Shown here: piece by piece, positions 52,653 through 64,000 of the stretch
Numbering within the stretch: the first letter of the stretch is position 1
Layout: the number at the start of each line of letters is the position of its first letter
Source of the DNA: an uncultured bacterium
GTDB lineage: Bacteria; Acidobacteriota; HRBIN11; JAKEFK01
Direction: 5' to 3'
Assembly (NCBI GenBank): GCA_963777505.1
Contig: CAVZQN010000004.1
Location: forward strand, 1,760,001 to 1,824,000
Length of the DNA: 64,000 bases
The notes under the pieces: generated by a model
What the model was told of the DNA's origin: nothing
Seen by the model: only the letters and a program-made list of their open reading frames with translations
Database searches by the model: none
Position numbers and translations under genes: made by a program

Positions 52653-55600
52653 TTAGTCCCCGGCTGCCGCTTCGGCAGGCAAGTCTGCAACCATTTTTGA
52701 TTCTGAACTTAGCCAGACTCTTCGTGCCCATGAAGCAGCATCATCAAATAATGTATAAACGAACGGCAAAATAACTAATGTAAGAACTGTTGAAGCAGCA
52801 AGTCCGCCAATAACTGCGCGTGCCAGGGGATAATAGCTCAGACCTAACAACGCACTGCTCCCGATTGCCAAAGGAACTAAACCCAGAATTGTTGTCGCTG
52901 CTGTCATCAAGATGGGTCGCAAACGATCATTGCCAGCTTGTAATAGCGCATCCATTCGTGAGACTCCCGATTCACGCAATTGATGGACTCGATCAATTAA
53001 AACAATTCCGTTTCTGACAACAACTCCGATTAAGATTAGCAACCCAATTTGTGCCATCAAGTTGAACGGAGTATTTGTGGCCCAAAGCAGCCAGAACACA
53101 CCGACAAGTGCAAATGGAATAGAAATAATAATGGACAAAGGATGAATCAGCGATTCAAAAAGTGAAGCCATTACGATATAGACAAGTGCAAGCGCAAGCA
53201 GGAAGTTAATCATCATTACTTTGCCATCTTCATCCGATTGCATAACACGCCTATCAAAGCTCCATGAATATCCTGCTGGAAGTTTCATCGTATTCATTTG
53301 AGAGGTGATGTTGTCTTTCATCTTCTCCCAGTCTTTGCCACTGCCTTCAAATAACGCTTTCAACGAAACGAAATTTTTGCGATTCTGGCGTTCAAGCTGA
53401 TTTTGACCTTCGACTGTATAGAAATCCACAAATGTGCGAAGAGCAGCGGGACCATTTGGTGTTCCAATCTGCAAATTTTTCAAGTCCTCAATGTTGGCGC
53501 GGTCTTCAATACGAAGTCCAAGAACCATGTCGATTTCTTTTTCGGCAGTCGTGTATCTTGGAAGGCGTTGTCCACCCAGCGTAAACATTTGAATCTGAGA
53601 AAGATCTTGCGGAGTGACTCCAGCTTTAATCGCTTTCTCACGATTCAATACCATTTGAACTTCTCCGCGTCCTGATTCGCTATCGAGACGGAGGTCCTCA
53701 ATTCCTTTAAGCTTTGCAAGACGTGACTCGGCATCACGCGCCAGAACTTTCAGTTCATCGATATCTTCACCGTATAAATACACGGAAAAGAATCTTGTAT
53801 CTCCGCCGGCTTCTTCGTCTTCATCTTCAAAATAGATTTTGACACCGCCGAATTTCGGCAATTCTTCGCGAAGCTTTTCCCGGAACGCCTTTGCTTCTTC
53901 GGCAGTCATATCATCCCGTTTAAACGTCACAACGGTCATCGCATTGCTATCAGAGAAGAAGGAATAAATGGATTCCATCGGATAGTCTTTCTTTTTTGTG
54001 TCCAGGAATTTTTCAACTTTCGTAACGATGTCTTCAACATCTGATTTGTAAGTAAAATCTGAGAACTCATATTCCACTTGCTGTCGTTTGTTTTTTCCAC
54101 CCGCAAAGGTACCTTTTTGGAGATGCTGTAAAGGCAAATAGACACTTCCCATTAGCACGATTGCAATGACAGCTGTTAGCCATCGATGGCGAAATGTCCA
54201 TCCGAGAGAAGCAACGTACTTATGCCGCATCCATGTAATGATGCGAGCCTCAGGTGCTTCCTTTTCTCGCAGGTAACGAGAGGTGACAAGGGGTATTAAC
54301 GTCAAAGAAAGGAAGAGTGAACATAACAGTGAAACAGTGATTGCGATTCCGATTTCAGAAAGGAATGTCGTGATGTTTGTTTTCTTTCCCACGATTAATG
54401 GAAGGAATACGATGATCGTTGTGATTGTAGACATCGTCACCGCGAGTGCTACCGAATTTGATCCTTTTTCCGAAGCTTCCAGTTTGTGCATTCCTTCTTG
54501 ACGGCACTTATAAATGGATTCAAGAACGACAATTGCATCATCAACAAGCATCCCGACTGCAAGCATCAAGCCCATCATCGACATTACATTGAATGTCATG
54601 CCGAGGTAATAAAGTGCTGCAGTGCCGCATAAGAGTGAGATTGGAATAGCAAGGCTAACTACGAGAGTCATATCCAGCCGTCGCAAGAAAACGTAAAGGA
54701 TTACAAGCGCGAAGAGTCCGCCCCAAAGTCCGCCTTCGGTAATTCCCGCAAGTCCATTTGTAATTTCGGCAGCTTGATCTTCCCAAACAAACAAACTAAT
54801 TCCTTTCAAATCCGGATCTTTAGGAAAGTCCTCTTTGATGAGTTTTGTTACCTGCGATGCAACGTCAACGGTATTTGCTGTTGGTTCTTTAAAAACCTGC
54901 ACCGCAACTGCATAGGAATGATTTAAATGTCTTCCGAACTCTAACGCCGGTTCCTGGTAACTAATTTCAGCAACATCTTTCAGCCGCAGGCCATGATCGT
55001 TTACAGGTAAATTTTCCAGCGCTCCGAAGTCCGGATAGTTTCCAAGAGAACGAACTGTTATCACATTACTTTCGCTCCGGATTTTTCCGACGCTTACATT
55101 GGCTCCATTTTTCTGCAGTAATTCCGCAAGCCGGCCTATATCGATATTGTGTTCGCGGATCTTGTTCAGGATTAAATCTACATAAATGACTTTTGGGTTG
55201 ACGCCTTCAAGATCAACGCGCGCAACTCCTGCAATCCGCTGAATCGGAACCTTAATTTTCTTTTCCAGCAAATCGTAGTTCGAAGCCAAATCGATTCCGG
55301 GAGCTGACAAACGAGCCTGAACTACAGGAATATCATTTGAGCTGAAGTTGAAAATGTTGATGTGTTCTACGTCAGCAGGAAGCTCCGGCCGTACCATTTC
55401 AACCTTTTCTCCGATTTCAGTGCGGATTAGATCCAGCTTCAATCCCCAATCGAATTCGCAGCTCAATTTCGGCGCCATCAGCCGTTGCACTCGAATTCAT
55501 GTTCTTGACTCCACTCATTGTGGAAAGTGCTTCTTCGATCGGCTTTACAATGTTCTTTTCAATTTGGGTAGGACTCGAATTTGGATAATCAACTCGAATC

Positions 55601-55737
55601 ATGACGACTGGAAAATCTACGCTTGGCAGATAGGCCAACTTCATGCGCGTAGCAGCGATCGCACCAAGCACAACGATGCTGGCTAAAATAACAACTGTTG
55701 TAATCGGTTTCTTGATCGCGAAGCTGGCGAGATTCAT
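52653..55737 (-). CDS. RND efflux permease 2 (frameshift near 55455)
   Basis: MNLASFAIKKP, GMLVDDAIVVLE, NGIVLID, RLRPILMT. Confidence 0.92.
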
Positions 55738-58700
55738 GCTTCGGCCTCCTTTGCAGGCATTGCAGCAGGAACATCGGCTGCAACTTTCTCACGTTCAGTG
55801 ATGCTGTAAAGGATTGGGATGATGATCATCGTTAAAATTGTCGAAACTGTAAGTCCGCCGATTACGGTGATCGCCAGAGGAGCACGGATTTCCGAACCTT
55901 CGCCGGTGCTGAAAGCCATCGGAATCAATCCAAGCAATGTTGTAAGCGTGGTCATGATAATGGGACGAATACGAACATTACCGGCTTCGATAATTGCATC
56001 AACCATGTTGAGTCCATTTTTGCGGCCATGATTGATGTAATCCACCAGAATAATTCCGTTCTTTACAACAATTCCTGCAAGGATAATGAAGCCCATAAAT
56101 ACAATTACGCTTATTTCCTGCTGAGTAATCCACAGAATCCATGCAATACCAATCACCGAAAGCGGCACGGTAAACATGAGTACGAAAGGTTGTTTCAAGG
56201 ATTCAAATTGTGCGGCCATTACGAAGTAGACAAGGAAGATTGAAAGTCCAGCTACGAGATACAATGAACGGAACGAGCGCTGCAGTTCTTCATTTTGACC
56301 GCCAAGAATCGCATTTACCTTCGCAGGCATTTGAGTTTCACTGATTACACGATTAATCTCTTGCGATACTTGACCAAGACTTGCACCACTCAAGTTTGCT
56401 GAAATGACGATTGACCGTTTTTGATTAATGCGACGAATTTCATTCGGACCGCGTCCGCTGACTACCTGTGCAACTGCCTTCAGCGGCACGGCAATATTTT
56501 CAACACGAGCGATCGTCATGTTTTGTAAATCTTCAATCGAATCGCGATCAATGTCTTCGTTCCAAACTCGAATGTCGATTTCTTCATCACCTTCGCGGAA
56601 CTCTGTCGCGATGTCGCCTCGAACTTTGCTTCTCAAAATATTCGCAACGTCCTGAAGATTCAGATTAAAGCGTGCTAGCTGTTCGCGATTAAAAAGAATG
56701 TGAGCTTCAGGCGATCCTTCTTCCCAGCTTGATTTGATATCGGTTAGACCAGTGAGCCCTTTCATCCGTGTTTCGAGCTCTTGAGCTGTTTTGCTGGTCA
56801 TTTCAAGATCATCACCATATACCTCAACTTCAACCGGAGTGCGGAAGCTGAATAGACTTGGACGTTGCATCTTGTAAAGCAAATCGGGATGACGATCCAG
56901 GATGCCGCGGATTTTTTCTGCAGTTTGTTCTTCTGCGAGTTGAAGGTCTTTTCCATCAACTTTTATGTTCAACACTGCGGAATTCTCATAACTCTCTGCA
57001 GCGGTCCAGCTAACGTTTGCATTTCGCCCTAGCAGAAGCATGCAGGTTTTAACTTCCGGAATTGTGCGCACTTTATCTTCTACATTTCTCAGTACTTTTT
57101 CAGTTTGCGAAAGAGGTGTACCTTGTGGCAACTCTATTTGGAAACTGAATTCACCTTGACTGACTGGAGGAATCAGCTCAACGCCAAGACTTCCGAGCAT
57201 TAATACTGACAAGAATACAAGCGCGGCAGTGGCTGCAAGCACAGTCCAGCGAAAACGCAGCGCACCCCTCAGAATGCCAGGATACGATTTGTAAAAAACA
57301 TTGAGAAGGGCATCCGTCAGTTTAACAAAGGGTGCAATCAACTTTGATAGGATCATGCCGATAATACGGAACAGCTTTCGGAGGAACACTAGAATCAGTG
57401 TCGGTCCTTTATGGAAAACTGCGCGCGAAACACGATTTTTATATTGTGGAATTTCAGAAGGATCCTTTTTAAGTCCGCGTGAAAAAAGCATCGGAATTAA
57501 AGCAAATGCAGAAATCATCGAAACCAGAAGGGAAACGGTGACTGTGATTGCCAGGTCTTTGAACATCTGACCGGCAATTCCTTCAATAAAAGAAATAGGA
57601 AGGAATACAACGACTGTAGTAAGCGTACTTGCAGTAACGGCGAGGCCAACTTCTTTTGTGCCTTCATATGCAGCTTTGGCCAATGGCGCTCCAGCTTTGT
57701 AATGCCGGACGATCGACTCAAGTACAACGATTGCATCATCCACAAGCATTCCAACGCCGAGCGCGAGTCCGCCAAGTGACATGATGTTCAGCTTGAGTCC
57801 CAAGTTGATACATGACGAAAAATGTTGTGATGATTGAAATCGGAATTGATAGACCGATGATGACCGTAGACCGGAATTCTTTTAAGAAGAAGAACAGTAT
57901 AAAGATTGCAAGCAGACCGCCGATAATTGCATTGTCGCGAACTTCATTGATCGAATCCTGAATGAACTTCGACTGATCGAACATAATGTCCATTCCGATA
58001 TTGGTTTTGGATGATGAACCAAGAGATGATTTCTGGATTGATTCCAGTCTTTGCTTTGCGGCACGTGCAACCTGGACTGTGTTTGCATCGCCTTCTTTGA
58101 ATATTGCAAGTTCAACGCCTTCTTTGCCGTTGATGCGTGTAATGACTTCACGTTCCTTGGTTCCTCTTTCAACTCGCGCAACATCACGCAATAAAATTTT
58201 GCGTTGATTGTCTTCCTTCACGATCAGTTCCGAAAGATCGTTCACTCGCTGAAATTCATTTAAAGTACGAACAAGATATCGGGCTTCATTTTCATACAGA
58301 CTTCCGCCAGCGATGTTTACGTTGTTTCTTGATAGCGTATTGTTGACATCTTCAACAGTTAAGCCGAGTCCAGCGAGTTTTGTTTCATCAAGATAAACAT
58401 GGATTTCTTCTTCCAATCCACCGTTAATTTTTACTGCTGCAATGCCATCCAATGATTCGAGATCTTTTTTGATTGTCTTTTCCGCGAACATACGCAGTTC
58501 AACCAGATTGGAACCACCGCTCAGAATCACGCGCAAGATAGGATCGTTGGAAGGATCAAAACGCAGAACATTTGGTTTTTCTGCATCCCGGGGAAGTTGA
58601 ATCAGATCAATTTTTTCGCGGACATCCAGTGCTGCGAAATTCATGTTGGTATCCCAACCGAATTCCATCGTTACTTCAGATACACCGGCACGGCTGCGGC

Positions 58701-58944
58701 TTGTGATCCGTTGTACACCAGATACAACAGCGACCGCTTCTTCAATCGGTTTCGAAATTAAGTTCTCAACTTCGTTCGGCGCTGCTTGTGCATATTTTGT
58801 TTCAACCGTAAGACTTGGATATGAAATATCCGGCAGGAGGTTGATCGGAAGACGGTTGAATGCCACCAGGCCGAACATGATCACTGCAACAGTGACCATG
58901 CCGACTGTAATAGGACGCCTGATTGAGATATCCGCGATTTTCAT
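55734..58944 (-). CDS. RND efflux permease 1 (frameshift near 57798)
   Basis: MKIADISIRRP, GMLVDDAIVVLE, KNGIILVD, RIRPIIMT. Confidence 0.92.
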
Positions 58945-58954
58945 GACTCGACCC

Positions 58955-60050
58955 TCAGCGACTCGCTACAACTTCAGCGCGCGAGCCATCACGTAATGAA
59001 CCCTGGCCGGCTGTAACAACCGTATTGCCATCGCCAATTCCCTTTAGAATTTCAGCATTCATATCATCGGTAAAACCAACCTGAACACTGCGGCGTACAA
59101 CAAGATCTTTGTTGAGCAAGAAAACATATTTTTCGCCAGCTTCTTCAACGAGTGCTTTCTTTGGAATTAATAGTGCATTGTCATGCCGTTGTGTAACCAA
59201 TTTTACATCCACGAAAGATCCGGGACGTACTGAATCGGGCGCACTATTAATAAGGATAGTGATTTTTACTGTACCTGTCTTTGCATCGACTGCAGGATTG
59301 ATTTGATCGATTTTTCCTGAGAAGCGAACATCCTTTTGTGCATTCAACGTCAGATTTACTTGCTGATTCTTTTCAATTCCAAATACTTCTTTTTCCGGAA
59401 GGAATATGCGGGCTTTTAACGGATCTCTGTCCAACAAGGTAAATAATTGGTTACCTAAGGAAATGTTTTGTCCCTTTTCAATATAACGTTCGGTAATGAT
59501 CCCTGAAAATGGAGCCCGAATTGTTAACCGTTCGTGCGCCACTCTGGCCGCCTTTAGTTGAGACTCGGCAACATCCTTTTCAAATTTCGCCTTATCATAG
59601 TCAGCTAGACTGATGATTTTCTGCTGGTAGGAAGCTTCCTTACGATTTAGCTCTGTATTTGCGTTTTGCAAACGCATTTCTGCTGTTTGAACATCAACGA
59701 CTTTTTGGCTATCAGAAAAAGAAGCTAAGACCTGTCCTTCGCTAACAAAGGTACCTTCCTCAACATTCAGACGTGAAACTGTGCCTGTAGTTTCAGAAAG
59801 TATCGTAACTTGCTTGTCTGCTTCCAGAGTTGCAGTCGTTACGATCCAGCTGCTGATAGACCCTTTTTTAGCAACAGCGATTTCAACTGGAAGTTTCTTT
59901 TCTCCTTTCCTTTTCCTTCTTTTCATTTTTTGCTTTGTCTTTTGTGGCGCTGCTTGTAGCTAACGATGGCATCAACAGGAAAACCGTTGCAAGCCCTCCA
60001 ATCGCTAGTACAACCACCAGAACGCTAACAAACGGATGACGCTTTATCAT
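58955..60050 (-). CDS. RND periplasmic adaptor (frameshift near 59935)
   Basis: AGGAGG RBS, TM anchor, IRAPFSG, VRPGSF, VVTAGQ. Confidence 0.9.
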
Positions 60051-60183
60051 GTTCATACCCTCCTGCCATGCAGATCGTTTCTGTGGATGTCGTTCATTTT
60101 CAATCATCTATACGTGACCCTTTCTTATTTAGTTCCGTCAAAATTTGGAAAAGTTTACGCCAAACTTGCATCATAAAATCTCA

Positions 60184-60212
60184 TTGCCGCTGAGCATCGC
60201 ACACGCTATCAT
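60184..60212 (+). promoter_or_regulatory. Sigma70-type promoter, probably leaderless
   Basis: TTGCCG-N17-TATCAT, 6 nt before ATG 60219; no SD. Confidence 0.55.
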
Positions 60213-60218
60213 GTTGCG

Positions 60219-60716
60219 ATGACGATCAAGCTCGACCTTGGGGCTGGCCGGATAAAACGGGACGGTTTCTACAGTGTAGACCGCCAGTTAACCGATAATG
60301 TGGACCTGGTATGCGATGTTGAAACGAAATTGCCTTTTCGGGACAATTCCGTGGACGAAGTATTCAGCCGTCACTTGTTTGAACATGTAACTAATCTCAT
60401 TCAGCTTTTTGAAGAAGTTCACCGCATCTGCAAGCCCGGTGCCCGGGTCATTATAAATGTTCCTTATTACACCTCTGTTAAGGCGTACAAGGATCCTACT
60501 CACGTTAATTTCTTTACAGAAAAAACGTTTGAATATTTTGAGGGAAAAAACTGGGAGAATTTTGAATTCCCTTTTAAAGGGGCTTTTCGTATTTCCAAGA
60601 TCGAGTATTTGTATCAAAGACCCTTTCATAAGTATTTTCCCTTGATTAACTTCTGGCGCCGTATCTTATTGAACACTGTCACATCTATGATCACGGAGCT
60701 GGAAGTGATCAAATAA
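60219..60716 (+). CDS. Methyltransferase type 11 domain protein
   Basis: LDLGAG, LPFRDNSVD, RICKPG, DPTH. Confidence 0.88.
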   Translation: MTIKLDLGAGRIKRDGFYSVDRQLTDNVDLVCDVETKLPFRDNSVDEVFSRHLFEHVTNLIQLFEEVHRICKPGARVIINVPYYTSVKAYKDPTHVNFFTEKTFEYFEGKNWENFEFPFKGAFRISKIEYLYQRPFHKYFPLINFWRRILLNTVTSMITELEVIK

Positions 60717-60767
60717 CATAACTAAAGACGGAAAAAATGTCCAAAAGTTCGGATATGGGACTATATT

Positions 60768-60870
60768 TGAGGCCCGGCCTTGCGGTAGTGGGAATCGAAG
60801 GCCGGGCCTCAGAAATGTGCGCGACTCTGAGGCCCGGGTCTCGCACCTCACCACCGCCGACCCGGGCCTC
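60768..60870. repeat. GAGGCCCGG hairpin doublet
   Basis: TGAGGCCCGGCCTT...AAGGCCGGGCCTCA and GAGGCCCGGGTC...GACCCGGGCCTC. Confidence 0.8.
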
Positions 60871-60886
60871 GTCATAGGAGGGAGAT

Positions 60887-61778
60887 ATGAAATGTCAAAA
60901 TTGTGAAGGTTCTCTTAAGGAAGGGGCAGTTTTTTGTACTCAATGCGGATTTCGAGTACCGCCATTGGCGGTACCTGTAGAGCTTCCTGAACCGCCCCCG
61001 GCGCCGGCTCCGCCAAAGATTCCAGCTGCATTTATGGCTACACCTTCGGGCAGTCTAAGTTCCGGAGATGGTTATCGTATTGCGGAAGGTCCTGCATTTG
61101 CTGTTTTGACGGTGTATCTTCAGGACAATCAGTCAATGACCGCCGAATCAGGCGCTATGGTCGCAATGTCTTCAAATATTGAGTTGCAAAGTGAAATGAA
61201 AGGCGGCCTGATGGGCGCATTGAAAAGGAAAATTACAGGGGAATCAATATTTCAATCGACATTTACTGCACGCGGGAGGACCAGGAGAAGTTCTACTCGC
61301 GCCAGCAAGTTTAGGGGATATTGCAGCCTTGCAATTGGCCGGTCATACATATCTTGTGCAAAGCAGTTCGTTTCTTGCTGCAGATTTAACTCTTACGATG
61401 GACACAAAATTCGCAGGAGCCAAAGGATTTTTTGCGCGCGAAGGCTTGTTCATGATTCACATTAGTGGCACGGGACGTTTATTTATTTCAAGTTTTGGAT
61501 CGATCGTTCGGAAATCTTTAGCGCCTGGGGAACGCTATGTTGTGGATACAGGTCATATCGTTGCATTCGAAAATACAATTCAATATTCCTTGCGCAAAGC
61601 TTCTCAACAAGGCTGGATCCGCTCTGCAATGAGTGGGGAAGGGATGGTTGCAGAATATGTAGGGCCCGGAACGTTGTACTTACAAACTCGTGATATTACC
61701 GCATTTGCAGGATGGCTTGCGCCGTTTTTTCCAACACAAGGAAAAGGTGGTGGCTTATCATTTAATATTGGAGATTAA
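60887..61778 (+). CDS. Zinc-ribbon + AIM24/TIGR00266 family protein (frameshift near 61277)
   Basis: CQNC...CTQC, Pro linker, AESGAMVAMS, GESIF, VVDTGHIVAF, SGEG, GPG.LYLQTR. Confidence 0.9.
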
Positions 61779-61796
61779 CTTTGTGTCTTTGCGGTT

Positions 61797-63086
61797 TTAA
61801 TTCTTCACCTGTTCTGTTGCTCTCACATTCGAAACAGAGAGTTGAGATCCGACTCCCGGTGAACGTACGGCTTTTTCTAACGCAGTTTTAACTTGAGCAA
61901 CTGATGCATATCGCGCGGCGGGTTCTTTCTCCAAACATTTTAGAATGACTGTCTCAATTTCTTCGGGCAGCTGCGGATTGATTTCGCGCGGTGGACGTGG
62001 CGGATCTTTCATTTGCATAAAGCCGACAGCAATAGCAGAATCTCCACTGAATGGAACTCTTCCAGTGAATAATTCATACAAAATAATTCCAAGCGCATAA
62101 ATGTCTGCTCGTTCATCAACCCGTTTTCCTGCGACCTGCTCTGGCGCCATGTATTCGGGAGTCCCCATGATTAACCCTGTCGCTGTCATCCCTTGAAGAT
62201 GTGCACTGTGAGCCAGTCCGAAATCAATAATCTTCAAATGTCCGGAAGGGGCTATGATGATGTTTTGCGATTTTAGATCTCTGTGAATCACACCTTGCTT
62301 GTGTGCTTCTTCAAGGCCATCGCAAATTTGTGACGCGATGTTGTATGACTCCATCATCGAAAGCGAACCGCCATGACGGATATGCTCCTTCAATGTTGTT
62401 CCGTAGAAATATTCCATCGAAACATAATGAAGGCCTTTTGTTTCTGCGATGTCATGAATGCGAATTACATTTGGATGCGTAATGCGGCGTGCAGCCGAGA
62501 CTTCACGCTTCATCCGATCAAGGGCATCTGTATCATTACTAAGCAGCGGTGAAAGAATTTTGATTGCAACCTGTTCATTCAGTTGTTTATCGTGCGCTTG
62601 AAAAACGATCCCCATACCGCCTCGTCCCAGCTCTTGTAATATTTGATAGCGTCCTTCCAGCGCAGATGCAATGTTCATGAAAGCCGTCGGCATCTGGCTG
62701 ACACCTGCAGGATTTCCCACACCGGAGCTCAACATTCTGGCCATGCTCAAGGATTTTTCCATTTGTAAATTAATTTCGCGATCCATATTGCATAGCATGG
62801 ATTCCAGATTTTCTACACGTTCTTGCATCCTCTTGAGTTGAGCTTCGGTTTGTGGATTTGAGGCGGAAGTTATTTGACGCACTTCCATTTCCTGTTTCGC
62901 TAACTTCCTTTTATGCCAGAGCCAAAACGGAACAGTAATCATTGCAGTTCCAGAAAGGATTGCAATCATCGGCACCATGATTTCTACGCGATGTCCGAAG
63001 GCACCGAAAGCCGCCATACCGAGCACGGCATAAATGACTGCATTCCAATTTAAACGGTTCGATTTTTCTTTCTTTTCTTCAGCCAT
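61797..63086 (-). CDS. Hanks-type Ser/Thr kinase with N-terminal TM and coiled coil
   Basis: LGRGGMG, VAIK, HRDLKSQN, DFG, GTPEYMAPE. Confidence 0.95.
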   Translation of the reverse strand: MAEEKKEKSNRLNWNAVIYAVLGMAAFGAFGHRVEIMVPMIAILSGTAMITVPFWLWHKRKLAKQEMEVRQITSASNPQTEAQLKRMQERVENLESMLCNMDREINLQMEKSLSMARMLSSGVGNPAGVSQMPTAFMNIASALEGRYQILQELGRGGMGIVFQAHDKQLNEQVAIKILSPLLSNDTDALDRMKREVSAARRITHPNVIRIHDIAETKGLHYVSMEYFYGTTLKEHIRHGGSLSMMESYNIASQICDGLEEAHKQGVIHRDLKSQNIIIAPSGHLKIIDFGLAHSAHLQGMTATGLIMGTPEYMAPEQVAGKRVDERADIYALGIILYELFTGRVPFSGDSAIAVGFMQMKDPPRPPREINPQLPEEIETVILKCLEKEPAARYASVAQVKTALEKAVRSPGVGSQLSVSNVRATEQVKN

Positions 63087-63087
63087 G

Positions 63088-64000
63088 TTAGTTCCGAATT
63101 GTTTCTAAGCCTTTTTTGGAAGTTTTGACATCAACTGCACCAGGAAAACGTTCAGCAGAACTTGAGAGATCCAATTTCAATTCTGAAACAGAGGAATACC
63201 GGCGGGAAGGTTCCTTTTCTAATGCTTTCAAGATCACCTGTTCAATATGAGCCGGAATTTGTGGATTGATTTCGCGTGGCTTCACTGGCTCTTCTTTCAT
63301 TTGCATAAATCCAACACCGATCGCTGATTCTCCTTTAAAAGGAACTCTTCCAGTAAACAACTCATACAAGATAATTCCTAACGAATAAATGTCCGCTCTT
63401 TCGTCTACTCGTTTTCCGGCTACTTGTTCCGGGGCCATATATTCTGGCGTTCCCATGATCAAGCCTGTTGCTGTCATTCCTTCCATGTGGGTCGTATGAG
63501 CAAGACCAAAATCGATAATCTTGAGGTGTCCGTTTGCATTGATAATAATATTCTGAGACTTTAAGTCGCGATGAATGATCCCACCACGATGGGCTGCATC
63601 AAGTCCATCACAAATTTGACTTGCAATTTGCCACGCTTGAATTCCTGAAAGAGCACCTTGTTGTTTAATATATTCCTTCAAGCTCTGGCCATGAAAATAT
63701 TCCATTGAAACAAAGTGTAGTCCATTCATTTCTGCAATATCATGAATCCGAATCACATTTTGATGCGTGACACGCCGCGCTGCAGATACTTCACGTTTCA
63801 GGCGTTCCAATGCATCGACGTTTGTGCTTAATATCGGCGATAAAATCTTGATAGCTACCTGTTCGCGTAATTCCTTGTCATGGGCCTGAAATACGATTCC
63901 CATTCCGCCACGACCCAACTCCTTTAGAATTTGGAATCTCGCTTCCAGGGCAGAAGCTACATTCATAAAGGTAGTCGGCATCTGGCTTACACCAGCATCA
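63088..64000 (-). CDS. Hanks-type Ser/Thr kinase paralog (5' end outside window)
   Basis: Same kinase motifs; frame is open to the window edge (DAGVSQMPT). Confidence 0.95.
   Translation of the reverse strand, partial: DAGVSQMPTTFMNVASALEARFQILKELGRGGMGIVFQAHDKELREQVAIKILSPILSTNVDALERLKREVSAARRVTHQNVIRIHDIAEMNGLHFVSMEYFHGQSLKEYIKQQGALSGIQAWQIASQICDGLDAAHRGGIIHRDLKSQNIIINANGHLKIIDFGLAHTTHMEGMTATGLIMGTPEYMAPEQVAGKRVDERADIYSLGIILYELFTGRVPFKGESAIGVGFMQMKEEPVKPREINPQIPAHIEQVILKALEKEPSRRYSSVSELKLDLSSSAERFPGAVDVKTSKKGLETIRN

Noticed and set aside
60768-60870. GC-rich structured region as a tRNA or ncRNA (also 51926-52005)
   Set aside because: No cloverleaf, T-loop or CCA end; it is a repeated hairpin family.

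Overview
Bacterial chromosome segment of moderate GC. An Acidobacteriota-like host is inferred from gene content only. Many genes carry single-base indels, most likely long-read consensus error. In order, the window holds: the 3' end of acs; an APH(6)-like kinase between inverted REP clusters; a pepP-DUF1684-MacAB-type ABC operon; an ALDH/enoyl-CoA hydratase pair; a TPR/RDD pair; a decayed integron-cassette-like stretch (tandem-domain Arr, M50 peptidase, class A beta-lactamase-like protein, attC-like sites, no integrase); three SDRs; an eIF-2B-like gene coupled to a pseudo-receiver-GAF-GAF gene; a B12 radical SAM enzyme; an S10 peptidase; an MFS transporter; and an exported truncated globin. 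A 15 kb cell-envelope operon follows (beta-propeller, VIT-vWA, ~2380 aa TPR protein, unknown protein, stand-alone transpeptidase, SpoIID). After it come an ABC-2 exporter, an orphan protein ending in a Csm2/Cas11-like domain, an M64 peptidase, a two-permease RND system, an AIM24 protein and tandem membrane Ser/Thr kinases with a PspB-like N-terminus. Intergenic DNA holds several unrelated palindromic and heptamer repeat families. No rRNA, tRNA, CRISPR array, transposase or integrase was seen. All family calls are motif recognition by eye, not database results.
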